Positions 1 through 12,759 of a stretch of 64,000 nucleotides of DNA are shown here, piece after piece. The stretch comes from Raillietiella orientalis (taxonomy: Eukaryota), in the NCBI GenBank assembly GCA_036172245.1, contig JAYWIR010000008.1:2852001-2916000 (forward strand), written 5' to 3'. The notes under the pieces were generated by a model, which was not told where the DNA came from, made no database searches, and saw only the letters and a list, made by a program, of their open reading frames with translations. The translations under genes and the position numbers were made by a program. Each line of letters begins with the position of its first letter. The first letter of the stretch is position 1.

Positions 1-400
1 AAACGCTTCCCCTTTTCCCTGAAGGGTCGCTCCCCGAAGTGAGTGGCACACTTCACCCTCTGGAGAGGCATCATCAATCCAACAGCTCCATGGTACGAGA
101 CGGAGGGTCCCTCTTGAAAGGGTGGCTCCGCCCCTTTGCACAACCGGAGGGGGAACTATACACTCCTTGATTCCTGAAAGGACCGGGGGGTAGACTCCCA
201 GCCCCGTCCACTCATCGAGGGCGTCCGGTTTCAACCGCTACCGGTGCAGCACCCGAATAGAGGCCAACCAACGTCATCTTGCGGGAGGAATCCGAACCCA
301 CGACTCAGCCCCACCGTCGATTCTTTCCGAGTATTGGAGCCCGCGGCGTCCGGCGCCACGCCTTGCAGAGAGCGCGACCACATGACCTACGACGCGGACC
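1..400 (-). mobile_element. SINE family A copy A1 (5' half, runs off window edge)
   Basis: Reverse complement aligns by eye to 2860-3220 (e.g. gtaccatggagctg, cctctccagag, cccttcagggaaa.ggggaagcgt) and carries the head motifs gcgtggcgcc and gtcgtgggttcgg. Confidence 0.8.
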
Positions 401-1311
401 GTGTGGTTACGGTCCCCGGGTCCGTTCTTGAGCAAGATTCCAAAAAGGAGCCTCTCCTTCCTCCCCCCCCTCCAGCAGAAAGTGAAGGAGTCCTTTCAAA
501 GCCAAGGTCCGCCGCCGGATTTTCTCCTCCCTCGCTAGAAACGAAGACCCTCCCATGAAGAAAATACGGATGTTTGTGGGTGAGGTCACGATTCAGATAG
601 GCACGACAGCGCGCAGCTGTCCGTCCGGAACAGGCTCTCGTGTGCTCGTGGAACCGCGAAGGAATGCGGGAACAGACACCTCGGTTTCGTGAGAGTCGGA
701 AGGGGACACCACGCTCATCGCCGAGAAGGATCGGGATCGTGGTGGTGAGGACTGCAGCAGATTTGTCGTTCCGGGAAGAGCGACTGCTCGGTGGTAACAG
801 CGCTGATCCCCCCTTTGCTGCAAGGAGCCACTCGACTCAACTTTTACGTGACCTTGCCATGTGACACCTGGGACTGTACGTCACGGGAAGCGGCATCAGC
901 GTCATCTTGACGCGCGAGGCCATCGTGAATTACATCAGCCACTCTTGTGGGAGCCGGTTTCCGCGCAGCTGCGCGCCGTTGACCCCGCAGAGATACTCAC
1001 ATCCGCCTGAGCCGGCTCCCGGCAACGCGCTGCAAGTGAGTCCAGAGGCTACTACCAGTGGATGTTGACGAGTACCAGCTCCCGCAGTGACCCCGGAGTG
1101 ATGCTGGAATCGCTTCTGGAATCGCATCCCGAAGATTGCTTGTCTCGCAGCTTGCTTCGCTACGGATCGGCTCCTGCAAACGGGAAATGGCTTTGAGGAT
1201 GCAACGATGACGCGCCAAGTGCCGAACCCAGTGGTGTGGGCGGAGCCATGTTGCATCCACGCTGAATCAGGTGGCTCCAAGGAATGAATACATAGGGGTG
1301 CGCATAGGCAT

Positions 1312-1830
1312 TGCAACCCGGTCGCATCCGGGGCGTTCATTAATGAAAATAGACTCACAATTATCGTGGCGGGGTGCGAAGTCCCACCACAGCCAATTAC
1401 ACAGTTGACCTGCCGGTTCGCCGGAATACAGATCAACGGGCTCACCTCGGCAGCGGAGGAGGGGAGGTAAATAGATAAATAAAGAATAAATAGAAATAGG
1501 CGCATAGGCAAAAAGCTGAAAACTGACCTCATGACCCTTAAACGAGTATTTGGAAAAATTTCCCATTGCCCATGCCTGCGGAGTCTGGGCGGTGCGCGAG
1601 CAGATCACCATCAAACCAGCAAAGTGGGCTTTTGCTGACGGGAATGCCTCCCCTATTCATTCGGCTGAGAGCTTCGATCCACACTTAACAGCACAGAGGG
1701 GATCCGGCCTCTGAATCGCCCGAGGGACTGTGACCTCGATCTTTCTGATGAAACAAGTCCTTGCCTCCGTGCAGAAGCAGCAGTGGGTGCTGCAGCCCAA
1801 TTTGGTCACTCAGGGACTCCGGCGAACTTC
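1312..1830 (-). mobile_element. LINE family T (L1/Tx1-like) 3' remnant T1
   Basis: Minus strand has a U-rich tract then cctccgctgccgagg...cggcagg, a long hairpin and terminal cccgg/ccggg hairpin, matching the 3' UTR at 20900-21065; a degenerate CxxC (HCCFC) lies upstream. Confidence 0.65.
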
Positions 1831-2119
1831 GCCTGAGAGGAAAACACGGCCTGAATCATCGCAGCGACACCTCCTGGGTGAGATGGGCTGCAGGGGGGGT
1901 ATATAGCCCAAGGGAGATGGATTGTGTTGGCAAGGGAACTACTCCCACTGCCCGTGTCATCTGTCACGAGCAGTTTATAACGAACAAAAAAAAAATCAGC
2001 AAGCTTTGTTTACAATGCATGCTGATGGAAAATCATGATCATTTCTATGAAGCTGTTACCTTCCGCTGTTCCCAGGAACCTCAGCGCGAGCGATTCGGGA
2101 TTTCCTACTCCCGCGATCC

Positions 2120-2850
2120 CCACTGCAGGTCCGCGCAAGAACACTAATGGAATTCCGGACGCAAACCGCCGTGGGCAGGTCTTTCCGAGTGTGGAACACG
2201 CGGTCCAAGCCCTTGTTCCCAGCTCCTAGAGCGTCGCCTGGAAGGTCGCAGGATTTGAATTCAAGTTCGAAGTCCAGGATGGATGTCCAGGGCGTCCCTC
2301 TCCGGACACGAGTCGATCCACGGAAGTCTGTGCCGTGAGCAAGCCGAGAACTGGGACGCCTTCTGCGCGAGCTTCTGGGTAGGAGAGACGAAGGGGGTCA
2401 GGGGTCGCAGGTCCCTCCGGCAGGGTCGCGTGGGTCTGCTCCGCTCGTTTCGACGGGAGATGGCCGTGGCAACACGCTCGCTCCTACTATTTCAGTCATC
2501 CTTTCGAGCTTCCCCGGGCGGACGTCTCCTGGCTCCTGACGCCCTGCTCCCTTCCAGCACTTCCTGGAAGGTCGCGGAAGGCGAGACGTTGATTTCACGG
2601 TACTCGCGAGCTCGTCGGGATAATGGGTTGCGCCTCTTTGACGAGATGCCGGATTCTATTTTCTCGACCCGGGGACGCCGCCGGAACAAAGGCCTCTTGA
2701 TGAGCTGCCAAGGGAGGTCTCGCGTGCAGAGGAGCCAAACGCTCCGATTTGGACGCGACCCACTGTCGCGAGCAGCCCCCACAGTTTCCAGCTCGTACAT
2801 CACATCTGAACACCGGGAAATCGTTTGGCGAGAGCCGCGGAGTAGATTTT
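2120..2850 (-). mobile_element. Degenerate non-LTR reverse transcriptase remnant, interrupted by SINE A2 (may continue at ~3560-4030)
   Basis: Minus-strand frames give collinear RT-like motifs: EYREINVSPS (cf. YRPISL), LAQKASQF (cf. xxKAFD), ASGIPLVFLRGP (cf. SGVPQGSxLGP). Confidence 0.5.
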
Positions 2851-2857
2851 CTGCTCC

Positions 2858-3556
2858 TTCGTTGGCATCCGTGTGACTGCGGTCTCCGGGCGTGGCGCCA
2901 CGTGGAGGATCGAGACCGATGTGGGGAGTGCGTCGTGGTTTCGGGTTCCTCCCCACAGGATGCGACTGCGGTTGCGGCACTCGTGCAAGCCGGAAACCCT
3001 CGGATGCCCCCGTTGACTGGCCGGGATTGGAAGTGGGATTGCACCCCGGAGGGTCAAGGAGCCCTTCGAGGGTTCCCCTCCGGTCGTGCAAATGGAGTCC
3101 CTCGGGGGACGGCCCTCCATCGCGTACCATGGAACTGGCGGGTTCACACCTCTCCAGAGTGTGAAGGAGCGCGCTGCTCCCTTCGAGGAGCGCCCTTCAG
3201 GGAAATGGGGAAGCGTCCCTTTGGTGTTCCATTCAGAGGAGGAGGCAAGAAGCAGGTCCTTTCCGGAGTGTCCCTCCGTAAGAGGAACGGATTCCTTCCT
3301 GTGAAGCCTTCCTGGATTCATGGAGTGGTCCCTCCAGAAGCACCCTCTAACTTGAAGGAGTTACACGCACCCTGGGATGGCGCGGGCAGCGTCAAAGAGC
3401 TTCTCGATCCTCCCCCCCTCCCCCCTCCAAGGGGGCGAACGGTTCTTCAGCATTCAGCCAGCCAAGAAAAAAGAAAGAAAAACCCGAAAGGAGGAAAGAA
3501 AAAAAAAGAGCTGCGGGAAGGAAAGCAGCGAAAACAGAAAACAACACGAAAGGATT
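2858..3556 (+). mobile_element. SINE family A copy A2 (near full length, A-rich tail)
   Basis: Degenerate tRNA-like head, ~600-bp body shared with six other copies, A-rich tail; about 10 substitutions versus the inverted copy at 14447-15075. Confidence 0.9.
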
Positions 3557-4967
3557 CCCCAGCACCTTCCTCTTTGCAGGAAACTGATCCCTCCAGGTCA
3601 GCCAGCGAGGATGACCCAGGCACTTACCCCCCAAGCAGGATTGGCCTCGAAGCCGAAGTCCGCGTGGAACGGAGTAACGCGCCGTCGTCTCTCTCTCGAC
3701 AGGGAAGGGAGAACGCGAGCCGCGCCAGGTGTTCCGGCACCACACGTTCCGAGAGGAGCTCGGATTATCCCCTCCCCACTCCTCCCTCAGTTCCCTCAGC
3801 TCAGCAGCAGCGCTTCGCGTGTTGACCGCCGCTGTGGTTGGCAGTTCCCCTCAACTCCGGGATTGAGGCATCTTTGCCTGAGGAGGGGTGCGTTGCGTGG
3901 GATCCCCTGCAAGTGCACATCCAGCAGACGCGCGAACTCCAGATGCTTCTCGCCCTGCATCGCGATCTGTCGGATGCCGAGGGTGCTTTCAATCTCGAAG
4001 CTTCATCCTCCAAAACAGCTGGATGATCTTCGTGAATGATGCGCTTCCGCTCTTTTACAGTCGGTCGTCGATGGTAGTTTTTTTCTTTTTTTTCCTTTCG
4101 ATTAAACGATAATCCGAGAGCTTTCTAGTTCCCTCCCCCCTCCTCCCCATAGATTTTTCGTCTCAGGCTGCGCGTCTGTTGCGGAAGGCACTTGTTTGCT
4201 GACCCCGTTCGAGGTCTGGTCTCCATTTTTCTCGTTCAACCACGGGAAAATGTGCAGTGCTGCTAGTGGGAAACACCGCCCTTCTGCTCCGCCTTCTTCC
4301 GCGTCTGCCCTCCCACCCACCTTCCCCACCTTCCACTTTCTCAGCAAGTCAGGAGCCCCAGGTGGTTGCTCCTCTTTCGAAGCCTCTGGACAAGGTTCGT
4401 CCAGGTCTTAAATGGTCTGCAATGGCGGAAGAAACGCGCGGACTCCGTTCCATCGTCTGCATCGTTTGCGGAAAGGGTCCAGCCTCTGCATCATTCGTTG
4501 CCAACAATCTCCTGCGTTTCCTCGTTCCATCCTGTTCTTCTTCCTGACATTTGTCTTGATTCGCGAAGATTCGGCGGGGGGAGGGGGAGATCCACTGCAA
4601 GTTTAACCACTAGTCACGGCGAGGAAGCTCAGAAGACGCTTGCGGAACAGACGAGGCAACGACCAAACACCTCGGTGACCGCTGCTCCTCAGATGGAACC
4701 ACAGTGCAGATGTCCCTGGATCTGCCCACCGGACTCTTGCTTCTCCCGTTTCCCTCCGAGCAGGACAAGCAGCGGGTTGGGATCCCAGAGCCGCCCGTGC
4801 CCCATTCTCGGTTTGGGAGGAGCGCGCAGGATGCTTTCACACTCCGGTGGGATCCCACGACGGATTCTGCCTCTCAGATCCCGAGAGAATCCGAGGTTCG
4901 TCTCCATCGACAAGTTGGAGCTCCTCGAACGGGAGCGTTGGGAACCCCGGCTGACAGAAGTTCAGAG

Positions 4968-5900
4968 TTTTTTCCTTTCACCAGGATTTGCTGGGCATTC
5001 GTTATAAAAAATAATAAATTGGCATTCCTGTGGTCCACTTCTTGGTGCTACCAGCACGTCCTTGGAGGGAAGGAAAACTAAACTTGGACTCGCCCGATTT
5101 TTCCGGTGCGCAGACCGGCGCGGTCCGCTTTGGCGGCGGTGGAGGAGGGAGAAACGAAAACGAAAGTAAACAAACAAACAAATAAAAAAAAGGACGGAAG
5201 AGTTCTCATCGTGGAAGGGGAGGAATTTCGAGGAAGGGATCACGGTACGTTGCCCAGAGTCTTCTGCATCCTGCTGAGGATGCTGGCAAGTTCCGCCCGT
5301 ATATCGCCCAGATGGATCATCTCGTGGCGGTCCTCGGAAAGATGCGCGCAGTGGATGGAGTATCTGTCATTCCGGCCTCTTCTTCTGACGTTCCAGGCCG
5401 ACACCATCCTGCAAAGACAGGAAGAGGAAACTGTGAGGGAACGCAGGTGGAGGCAGTGGGGCATGCGCGAAGAGGCGTCTGAAGATGTCCTTGGGCCGCA
5501 CACCGGGATTCCTAGGGTGGCCGCTAGACGATCCCGAGGGGATCGGAGGGCAGCAGTCTAGAAGCAGGTGGGGGAGGGTCTCCTTCTCCCCGCACCTGTC
5601 TTACCTCGTGCCCGCCCTTCCCCGGGTCCAGAGATGAAGGCGTGCTTTGCACGGGATCCCCCAATGTGAGACCAGCAACTCCAACTCCTGTCACGTGGGA
5701 AGGAGGATGCCGCTGTTTCAGCTCGCTGGGGGTCACTTGAGGTCCTCCGGAGGGATGGCGAGCAGCTCCTCCCGGCGCAGAAATCCTTTGGGTGGGACAC
5801 TCGCGGTCGCAGAGTTCGTGAGTTCCACTGCTGTCCACACACCCAGAAGAATGTTCAGAGGGGGGGCGAACAGCGGTCGCGCGACGATCTCACCCTCTCC
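4968..5900 (-). mobile_element. LINE family T 3' remnant T2
   Basis: Minus translation gives DRCGEKETLPHLLLDC (zf-RVT-like, first Cys lost to a stop) and HLGDIRAELASILSRMQKT, homologous to HLGDARMELAGILERMQRT at 20790-20850; 3' UTR hairpin ccggt-ctgcgc-accgg. Confidence 0.85.
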
Positions 5901-6119
5901 TGAAAGATGATGGACCTCGCTCCCGGTTCCGATGGACGCTCTTGTCTTTCTTCGTTTGCTGCTGCTGTAGGCGCTGTGCAACGGCTCCGTCTGATGCTTT
6001 GCAAGGCTAATGCCGCCCAGAGGAATGTCGCATGGAGAGTAGCACACGAGGTCCCAACAGACGAAGGACGGAGCTGCAAGAGAGGCAGATGCTTCAGATG
6101 GAGTCCTAACTAAGGAATA

Positions 6120-8150
6120 TCTTGCTCAGCAGCAAGGCATGAGTGAGTTGCCTCTCGCCCTTCTTTTCTTTTCCTTTTCGTTGGATTTTTCTGGAAGGTC
6201 TCTTGGAGAGGAATTCCACGGACTTTACCGGATGCAGTGTCGCGATCTCATTTGAGCGGAACTCCGAGTAAAGATTCGCTTCTGTATCGGAACGTGATAC
6301 CAAGATACCTCGGACGGGACTACCGCTGGTATCGGTTGGTTTCTTCCTGTTGGCGAAGGCCAGAGCTTTCCCGGAATTGCCCCTTAAGGATGGCACAAAC
6401 CGCCTAACGTTCCATTTCCCGTGAAGGTCTTTTTCCTCCTTTTCCTTTGAATTGCGGATTCTTTGAGCAATACCTTTGGGGTGCTCGTCCTCCATGGAAT
6501 CAAACGGTTCGAAGACTGAAGAGTCATCGGGGTAGCTGAAAACAACTCATGATCTCATGCTGGTACTTTCCTAACGGATTTGTGAGCTGATTTGCGTTTC
6601 CCCCGTCCGGGATCGGATCCTACGCGTATCTTACGCGGCGAGCGGTTCTTCAGCACTCAGAGAACCAAGGTCATCTGTTGATGCAAAATGGTAAGCATCT
6701 GCGGATGCTGGAGTATGCAACTCTGAGTTCTTAGCAACCCATTGTATAACAGGGAGCGGAACAGAGGGGACCTGGCTGAAAATCCGATTGAGCACGGAGC
6801 GACGAATAGAGCGCCGTAAACTCAGGGAACCGAACAAGAAGCGCTCCCAGATGATTCATTTGTCCTCCCCTTCTTTGCTCACTGAGAAAGAGAGTGCGTC
6901 ACAGGTGTTGATTCTGGATTTGTTGATCTTCGTTCTCGAGCAGATCCGTTGGGCTAGAGTTCTGACGATCTCAGTCTCGCCTTCTAGGTAACGGAAACCA
7001 TGCAGGAGCCTGATTCTGTAACTTGACCATTAAGACACCCGTGTTCCCCTCGTGTCAGCTCTTGGCTCATTCGAACATCCGAGTGCCTTGAGCGCTCTCA
7101 TCAATGCAAACCACACAATTGGCTTGGTAAAAGCTGAATGACTGTAGGAAATCAGCACATAATTTTCCCATTCGGAAGGAGGAGAAGCAGTCAAAGGATT
7201 GCTGCATCTTCGAAGGTGCATAACGTCTTTAATGCCGGCTGTGGATGATCGTAATCGAATAGTATCATATGCATGACAATTTCCATTATGCTATGGTTGC
7301 CTGCAGTTCCCGAGAACACTCTCGAGAGGCCAAATTACAGGTCGCCGATCAATGGGTAACACGGAATAGTTGATAGAGTTTCTGCAGCTCAGGAAGAGTG
7401 GGCGATTCCACGGATTCCGACAGGGAATATCGACGTCTGAAATAAGCCAAGGCCCTGAGTGGAAGAAGCAGTTCTCGGGAAAGCGAGAGCTGCTGGATGC
7501 TGCAATGGCAGCGCTCGGGAAAATGCTTTCCACTGTTTCTCCAAGGCTGCGAGAGCTTCGTGGTAAGCTCACTGTATCAAAGATGATTCCTGATGAACCT
7601 GGTGCAGAGCTCCAGTGATTCCAGCATCCGGAACACTGCTGTGCTATCGATGATCTGAATTGAGAGGTCTCTGGTGCTGATACCTCTCCAGGCAAGCGTT
7701 TGCTTCTGATCAACGCGGAAATCCGCCGAAGTGAGCTCTGCTGCGACTTTCCATCTCGTTCCTCCACCACCCTGCAGCGTTCAAGCTGCCACTGCTCGTT
7801 GCGAAGCGCTTCTCAGAGCATTATAAGGACGGGGGACTTCTGGACTCGTTTGCAGGGGAGCGTTGCTGAGCCACTCGACGTGCTGAAGAGAGCTGATTCT
7901 GATTGCATGGGGTCACATTACACCTGCTGGGCACGCTTGAAAAAAAAAAAAAAAACATTTCCAAGTCGTCCGTTGATCCTGCTTCCTTGAATGACACCGC
8001 TGAATTTCTGGTCGTTTCAGCAGCGATTCCAGAGGAAAATAAAACATCTTCATCCTCGAAAGCGTCGTGCCGTTTCTTCAGCGGTCTTCGAATGTGCTGC
8101 TTACTGGAAGAGATGGTTAAAATCATCTCTGAAATCATCTCGAGTACAGT
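6120..8150 (-). mobile_element. Degenerate BEL/Pao LTR retrotransposon gag-protease remnant
   Basis: Frameshifted minus-strand motifs in expected order: PTLPELQKLYQL, ALMRALKALG (BEL/Pao gag DUF1759-like), VRGILVSRSD (cf. vRaLLDsGS protease). Locally lower GC. No LTR pair recognised. Confidence 0.5.
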
Positions 8151-8883
8151 TACCTCACGGGAATGAATTTAGTTGGGAAATGAATGGAGTGTCCAGGAGG
8201 TTGCCTTCTTTTCTTGCCTATATTTTGTGTGTCTCCTATTCGAAAGACGGCGAGTGCCCACTCGTCTCTGAAATCCTGCAGCCTTGCCGGAGTCTCTTCT
8301 TTTTTTCCTATCAAACCCAAACAAGAAGCGAACTGAGTGCAGCTGCAGCGCTTGCATTTTTTAACGTGCTGTTTTTCTACACAGAATGGGCAAAGAGGAA
8401 TCGAAGACTGGGGCTCTTCTGAGCAGGACAATGGGCTTGTCTGCACGTGCCAGCTCCCAAGTACATGATCAATCTATCCGGTTGGGCTCATGTAGTGTGC
8501 GGAACTTACGGATGGAAATTCACAGCAAAATTTATGTGCTGCTGCCTCTTTGTTCGAGACCACCGCAGTGTAGGATATTCGCGTGATGGAGTCGACGACC
8601 GGATTAATTATTAATAAACTGGTACTCATTTGAGTGCCCATGTCCTGGAAAGGCATTCACGAGCAGCGCAGGATCGTTTCTCCTTGGTTTTCTGTTTTGC
8701 CTACTCGAATTCTTCACTCTTCGGTTCGCTAACGAAGGAAGCGCCGATGTTCGGAAGGACTGCCCAGTCTCTTCATCTTTTCTTTTTTTTTTGAAAGGAC
8801 AGTAGCAACTTCACGGGGAGATCCTTCTGGATGATGGAAACTTCTTTTGGGTTCTTCTGTTTTCTCTGTTTCCCTTCCAGTCC

Positions 8884-9642
8884 GCGATGGCGACTCCGTG
8901 GAAGCGTTCACCTCGCGCGGCACCAAGCGTTGCGGGTTCGAATCCCACCCGAGGAAGGAGAAACTCCAAGAAATGGGTGCATCGGAGTCCCCACGTAGGA
9001 TGACGCTGGTTTAAGCCTGCAAGTGTGGCACTGATAAAAGCCAGAAAACCCCGGATGCTCCCGTTGACCGGTCGGGATCCTTCCAGGAACCAAAAAGCCG
9101 GTTGCCTTCGAGGTTCTCCCTCCGGTTGTGAAGATGGGAGCCCTCCATCGAGTACCATGGAGCTGGTTGATGCTTCCCTCGGGGGTTGCCTGTCCAGAGT
9201 GTCAAGAAGAGTGCTGCCCCCTTCTGGGAGTGGACCCTTCAGAGAAATTGGGAAGTGTCCCTTCGGGGTTCTCTTCAGAGGAGGAGGAAACAAGGAGCAG
9301 ATCCTTTCCAGATTCTCTCCGAAAAAGAAATAATGGAGTTCCCCACACCAAAGGGTTCCTGCGGAGAGGAAAAGGAAGAGGTTCCCTTCAGAGGATTCCC
9401 TTTGGAGACAAACAGGACCCTCACGCTGGTTCGTTCCCTTCGAAGGTTCTCTTCGGGGCTCCCCTACCAAGCGTAAGAGGAATGGATAGTCTTCCTGAAT
9501 TCATAGTGTGGTTCTTGATTCTTCAAGTTAGGGGGTACCTTAACTTGAAGACGCACCCCCGGGTGACCTAGATACTGTCAAGAAGCTCTCCTCTAAGGAA
9601 GTGGACGGTCCTTTGGCACTTAACGAACTAAAGAAAGGAAAA
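8884..9642 (+). mobile_element. SINE family A copy A3 (diverged, internal insertion ~9330-9480)
   Basis: B-box GGTTCGAATCC at 8935-8945; body homologous to A2; short A-rich tail. Confidence 0.85.
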
Positions 9643-9649
9643 GCTTCTT

Positions 9650-11480
9650 CGTTTCTTAGGAGCGGTCTGGCTACGAGGTGAGGATTTCCGCGACGGCCAG
9701 TTTGACTGAGCACGTGTGGTGCGCAAGAAGCAACAAAAAGCTCGGAAGGAGACATGAAGGTCGCTCGAGACTCGTCTGACCGAAGTTTCAGGGTTGCACG
9801 CGTCTTGGAGACTACCCTGCATCGTACGCTTCTGTCGGAACGCATGCCTAACTCTCTCTTGCACGCTGCTTCGAGCTTGCAAACCAACTGGATGAGGGTT
9901 CGCGCTTCCGGCTCAGGATGTGCGAGCGGCAAACAGGTGTTTTGCACGAGGAGAACACCCTCCAGCTGCCTGTGGTTCGAATACATCAGCAGATAGCGAA
10001 GCTCTCAGTGTTCCTGTTTTTTTTTTTTTTTTTTGTTGTTGTTCGGAGAAGAATTAGAAGTGCATTGGTTTGCCTCTGTGAGGATGCGAATCCCTCGGTC
10101 TGGTCCAGAATCCACATGGCTCTGGCCTCCACAACGGGCACGCATCAGACTCCACGAGTGTGAAGGGCAAGTCGTAGGAAGCGGTCGGACTGCTGCCACT
10201 TAACGCAAAGCATCTCTTCGGTTTAGCGACGACCAGTACCGGGAAGGTGCGTTTGGAAAACATTCCGACCTCTGTCTTCCTCGAAGACCCAAGCGAGACT
10301 GCGTCTTCTCTTTCTCAAGGAGGAAAACTGCTGCTGCTATTATTTTCCGGCTGGGCGTGGTTAGGTAAAAGAGTGTCTTGCCAGTGAGTTGCAGCGGCTG
10401 AAGGTGGACATGTGCTTCCTTGCTCATTTATGGTTCTTATGATCGGTTGCACTGCTGGAATTCGAGATTGGCGGTTTTTCGTTCGGGCATCACATCAAGC
10501 TAAGGACTCAAGAACCGTTCACCTGAACTGAGCCATCACGGAAGAAGTTTCAAGGTCGCTTCCTTCTAAGAGATGCAAGGATTTGAGGAGCATGTTGCTG
10601 AGAAAGGGGCCTGGAGAGAGAGACCTCGATTTCAGTAAGGAATGGAGGTAGGATGATGCCTAGAGCTCTCCTCAGGTTCCGAATGCACGGATTTGCTTGC
10701 GCCCCATACAGCCTCTTCCTTGCAGTAGTGACAGTCGGGAAGAAACGGGCTGAACCTCGTGACTTCTGTGGAAATTTTTCGCGGTGGCTCCCTGACCGGC
10801 CTAAACAGAAAAAGAAGCGTAGACTTGTGCTCCCTTGCCTCAGAACGGTTATAATGTAGGTGCAAGAACTCTTGGGCCGCAGACGGCTGGTTCGACGTAT
10901 CTTTGAATTCTGCCGACTCTCCTGACCTCTCAGTAGAGAGCAGCTGTCTCAAGAGTTCGCCCCGCGCACCGACTTCGACAAATCCCTTGTTAAGGAGCTG
11001 TAGGAGATGCCAACCGATGTGAGAACACTGGAGGAAGATGGAGCCTTCCAGCCTGGCTGCAGAAGAACGCAGCGAGGCTGGAAGCGAGCTCCGTTCAGAG
11101 AGGTTCACCCTGTACAAGGAACCGGGGTACCAACTTCTTCGCCGTCTGCTCAGCCTGTCTTTTGTGGCTGATTCTCTCTCGGAAGGCGAGTCCGCGCCAA
11201 GGAGCCAAATGGAGCGGACGGGGGAAAGCGCCTTGTACGGAGCGAGCCAGCCTCGCTACATTCCGCCGGGCACGAGCAGGGCTGCCCATTAAGTCTCCCG
11301 CCCTGATGCTGTTCGATTGCATTGCTGGACGCCATGCGGATCGTGAGAGCCGATTTCACACCGTAAAGGTGCTAAGAGTTCTGGAAGGGAGGGGAGGGGA
11401 CGCTTTTAAGCCGCTCCTCCTGCAGAAAGAAGATAGAAGATGAATTTTTGTGAGGACGAAATCCAGGACCAGATAGACAG
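9650..11480 (+). mobile_element. Degenerate hAT (Buster/SPIN-like) transposase remnant
   Basis: Collinear broken motifs: FELANQLDEG (cf. FsLqlDEstD), STGKVRLE (cf. WLSRGkvL), DMCFLAHL (cf. dLaFLxD), QEFAPRTDF (cf. eFxxRFxDF), RESRFHTVKVLR (cf. CEsxFSxmk). Multiple stops; TIRs not found. Confidence 0.5.
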
Positions 11481-12759
11481 AGGTGCACCTCTGATATTCT
11501 CAGAGGTGCTACTGGGTCAAGCTCCCAGCCAGTTTTTTTGAACGCAGAACGTGGAAGGACTCGGGAAAATTCCTCGTTTCACACTTGACATGCCCGACGG
11601 GAAGCACGCAGAGTCCGTCTTTGCAAAAGCATCCTCCAGAAGATTTTGAACCTTCCACTCGAGTCCACTGCTTGGTGTCGGTGTGGATTTTCCCCCGCAT
11701 CCACTCCTGGACTAAACGACATCAGTTTATGTCGTGGCATGAGGAGACCCCCGTCTCCTGTTCAGCTGCACTGCAAGGAGGACCCAGGAATGCAGAATCC
11801 TCACGAGGCAGCCCTGCAGACTATCGTCGAGGGAGCAGCCATCAGACTGCTCCTCCAACATGGAGCAGTTCTGGAAGCTGCGAGTCTTCTCTTTCCACTT
11901 CCACGTTTAGCTGACGGTGTCAACTGTGGGAAGAATGCATGGCTGGAAGCGTTTCGGAAGGCCAGCCGAGCTTTTGACCCCCAGGGGCGGAGGACGCTGG
12001 GGCGAAGGTTACGTCCGCGATTCCCATCCTTCCTTCCGGTCATCAACTCAAGAAGCCCAGCGGGTGAGTCACGTGACTGGGCGTCATTGATTTTCGAATG
12101 GCAATTGCTTGAAAGTGTCCTTTAGAAATTCAACTCGCTCTTTTATAAAAAAGGATTTGCCTGCCTCCGGATGGAAGCGGGCAGATCGATTGGTCCGCTT
12201 ACGGCGAGAGGCGCTTCATCTTTCGCACAGCCCGAATCCATGCCTTTCAGGATCCGTCTGCCTGGATTTTCTTAGGGTTCTGGCCATGTTGATTCCCATG
12301 ATTGATGAGAAAATCATTCAGGGTTGCGCCTTTTTCCCTCTTCTCTCTCCTTCTTCTTCCTTTCTCCTCTTCGTCCTAATTTCGGGATTTCCGAGAGAGC
12401 ATTCGTGGAGTGCATACCCCTATCCTGCCTGCCTGGTTTACATGAAGATCCTCTGCCCCTTCTTGATGCAGAAGTCGACGAAAACCTATAAAACAGTACC
12501 AGACCCTTGCGGGATGGGGTGGTAGAAGTCACCACGGAACACATCCGCCTTTATAAGACCAAAACCTGGAGCAGTGCCACCAATAGATCCATCCGTTGCT
12601 TTGGCCACTGCAGATCCCTTCGCACAGCGCCCTGGACGGAAGGACACGGCATCTTGCTGTTTCCGATGCTTGCTCGATCGAACCTGTCAGACCATCTGCA
12701 AGAAATTCCGCCCAGGCAAACCTGGTCATTGCCTTCTCATCCGGGGTCGCTGGACCATT

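Noticed and set aside
930..1290. Possible transposase or RLE relic (RHLARHRCILKAISRL)
   Set aside because: Single ambiguous motif; cannot be assigned.
1740..1765. Hammerhead core CTGATGA (also near 7590, 38256, 49742)
   Set aside because: No stem II with correctly placed GAAA and no flanking stems I/III.
2749..3825. 358-aa ORF (also 14682-15701, 23210-24217, 24585-25580, 61602-62612)
   Set aside because: They run across SINE/LINE boundaries or antisense to TE relics, are R/G/P/S-rich, have no domain I recognise, and the frame is not kept between repeat copies.
8884..8960. tRNA gene
   Set aside because: Only the T-arm/B-box is intact; no cloverleaf or T-run terminator; it continues into the SINE body.
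11600..12500. Possible second hAT relic (AFDP, SERAF)
   Set aside because: Only two very short motifs, compatible with chance.
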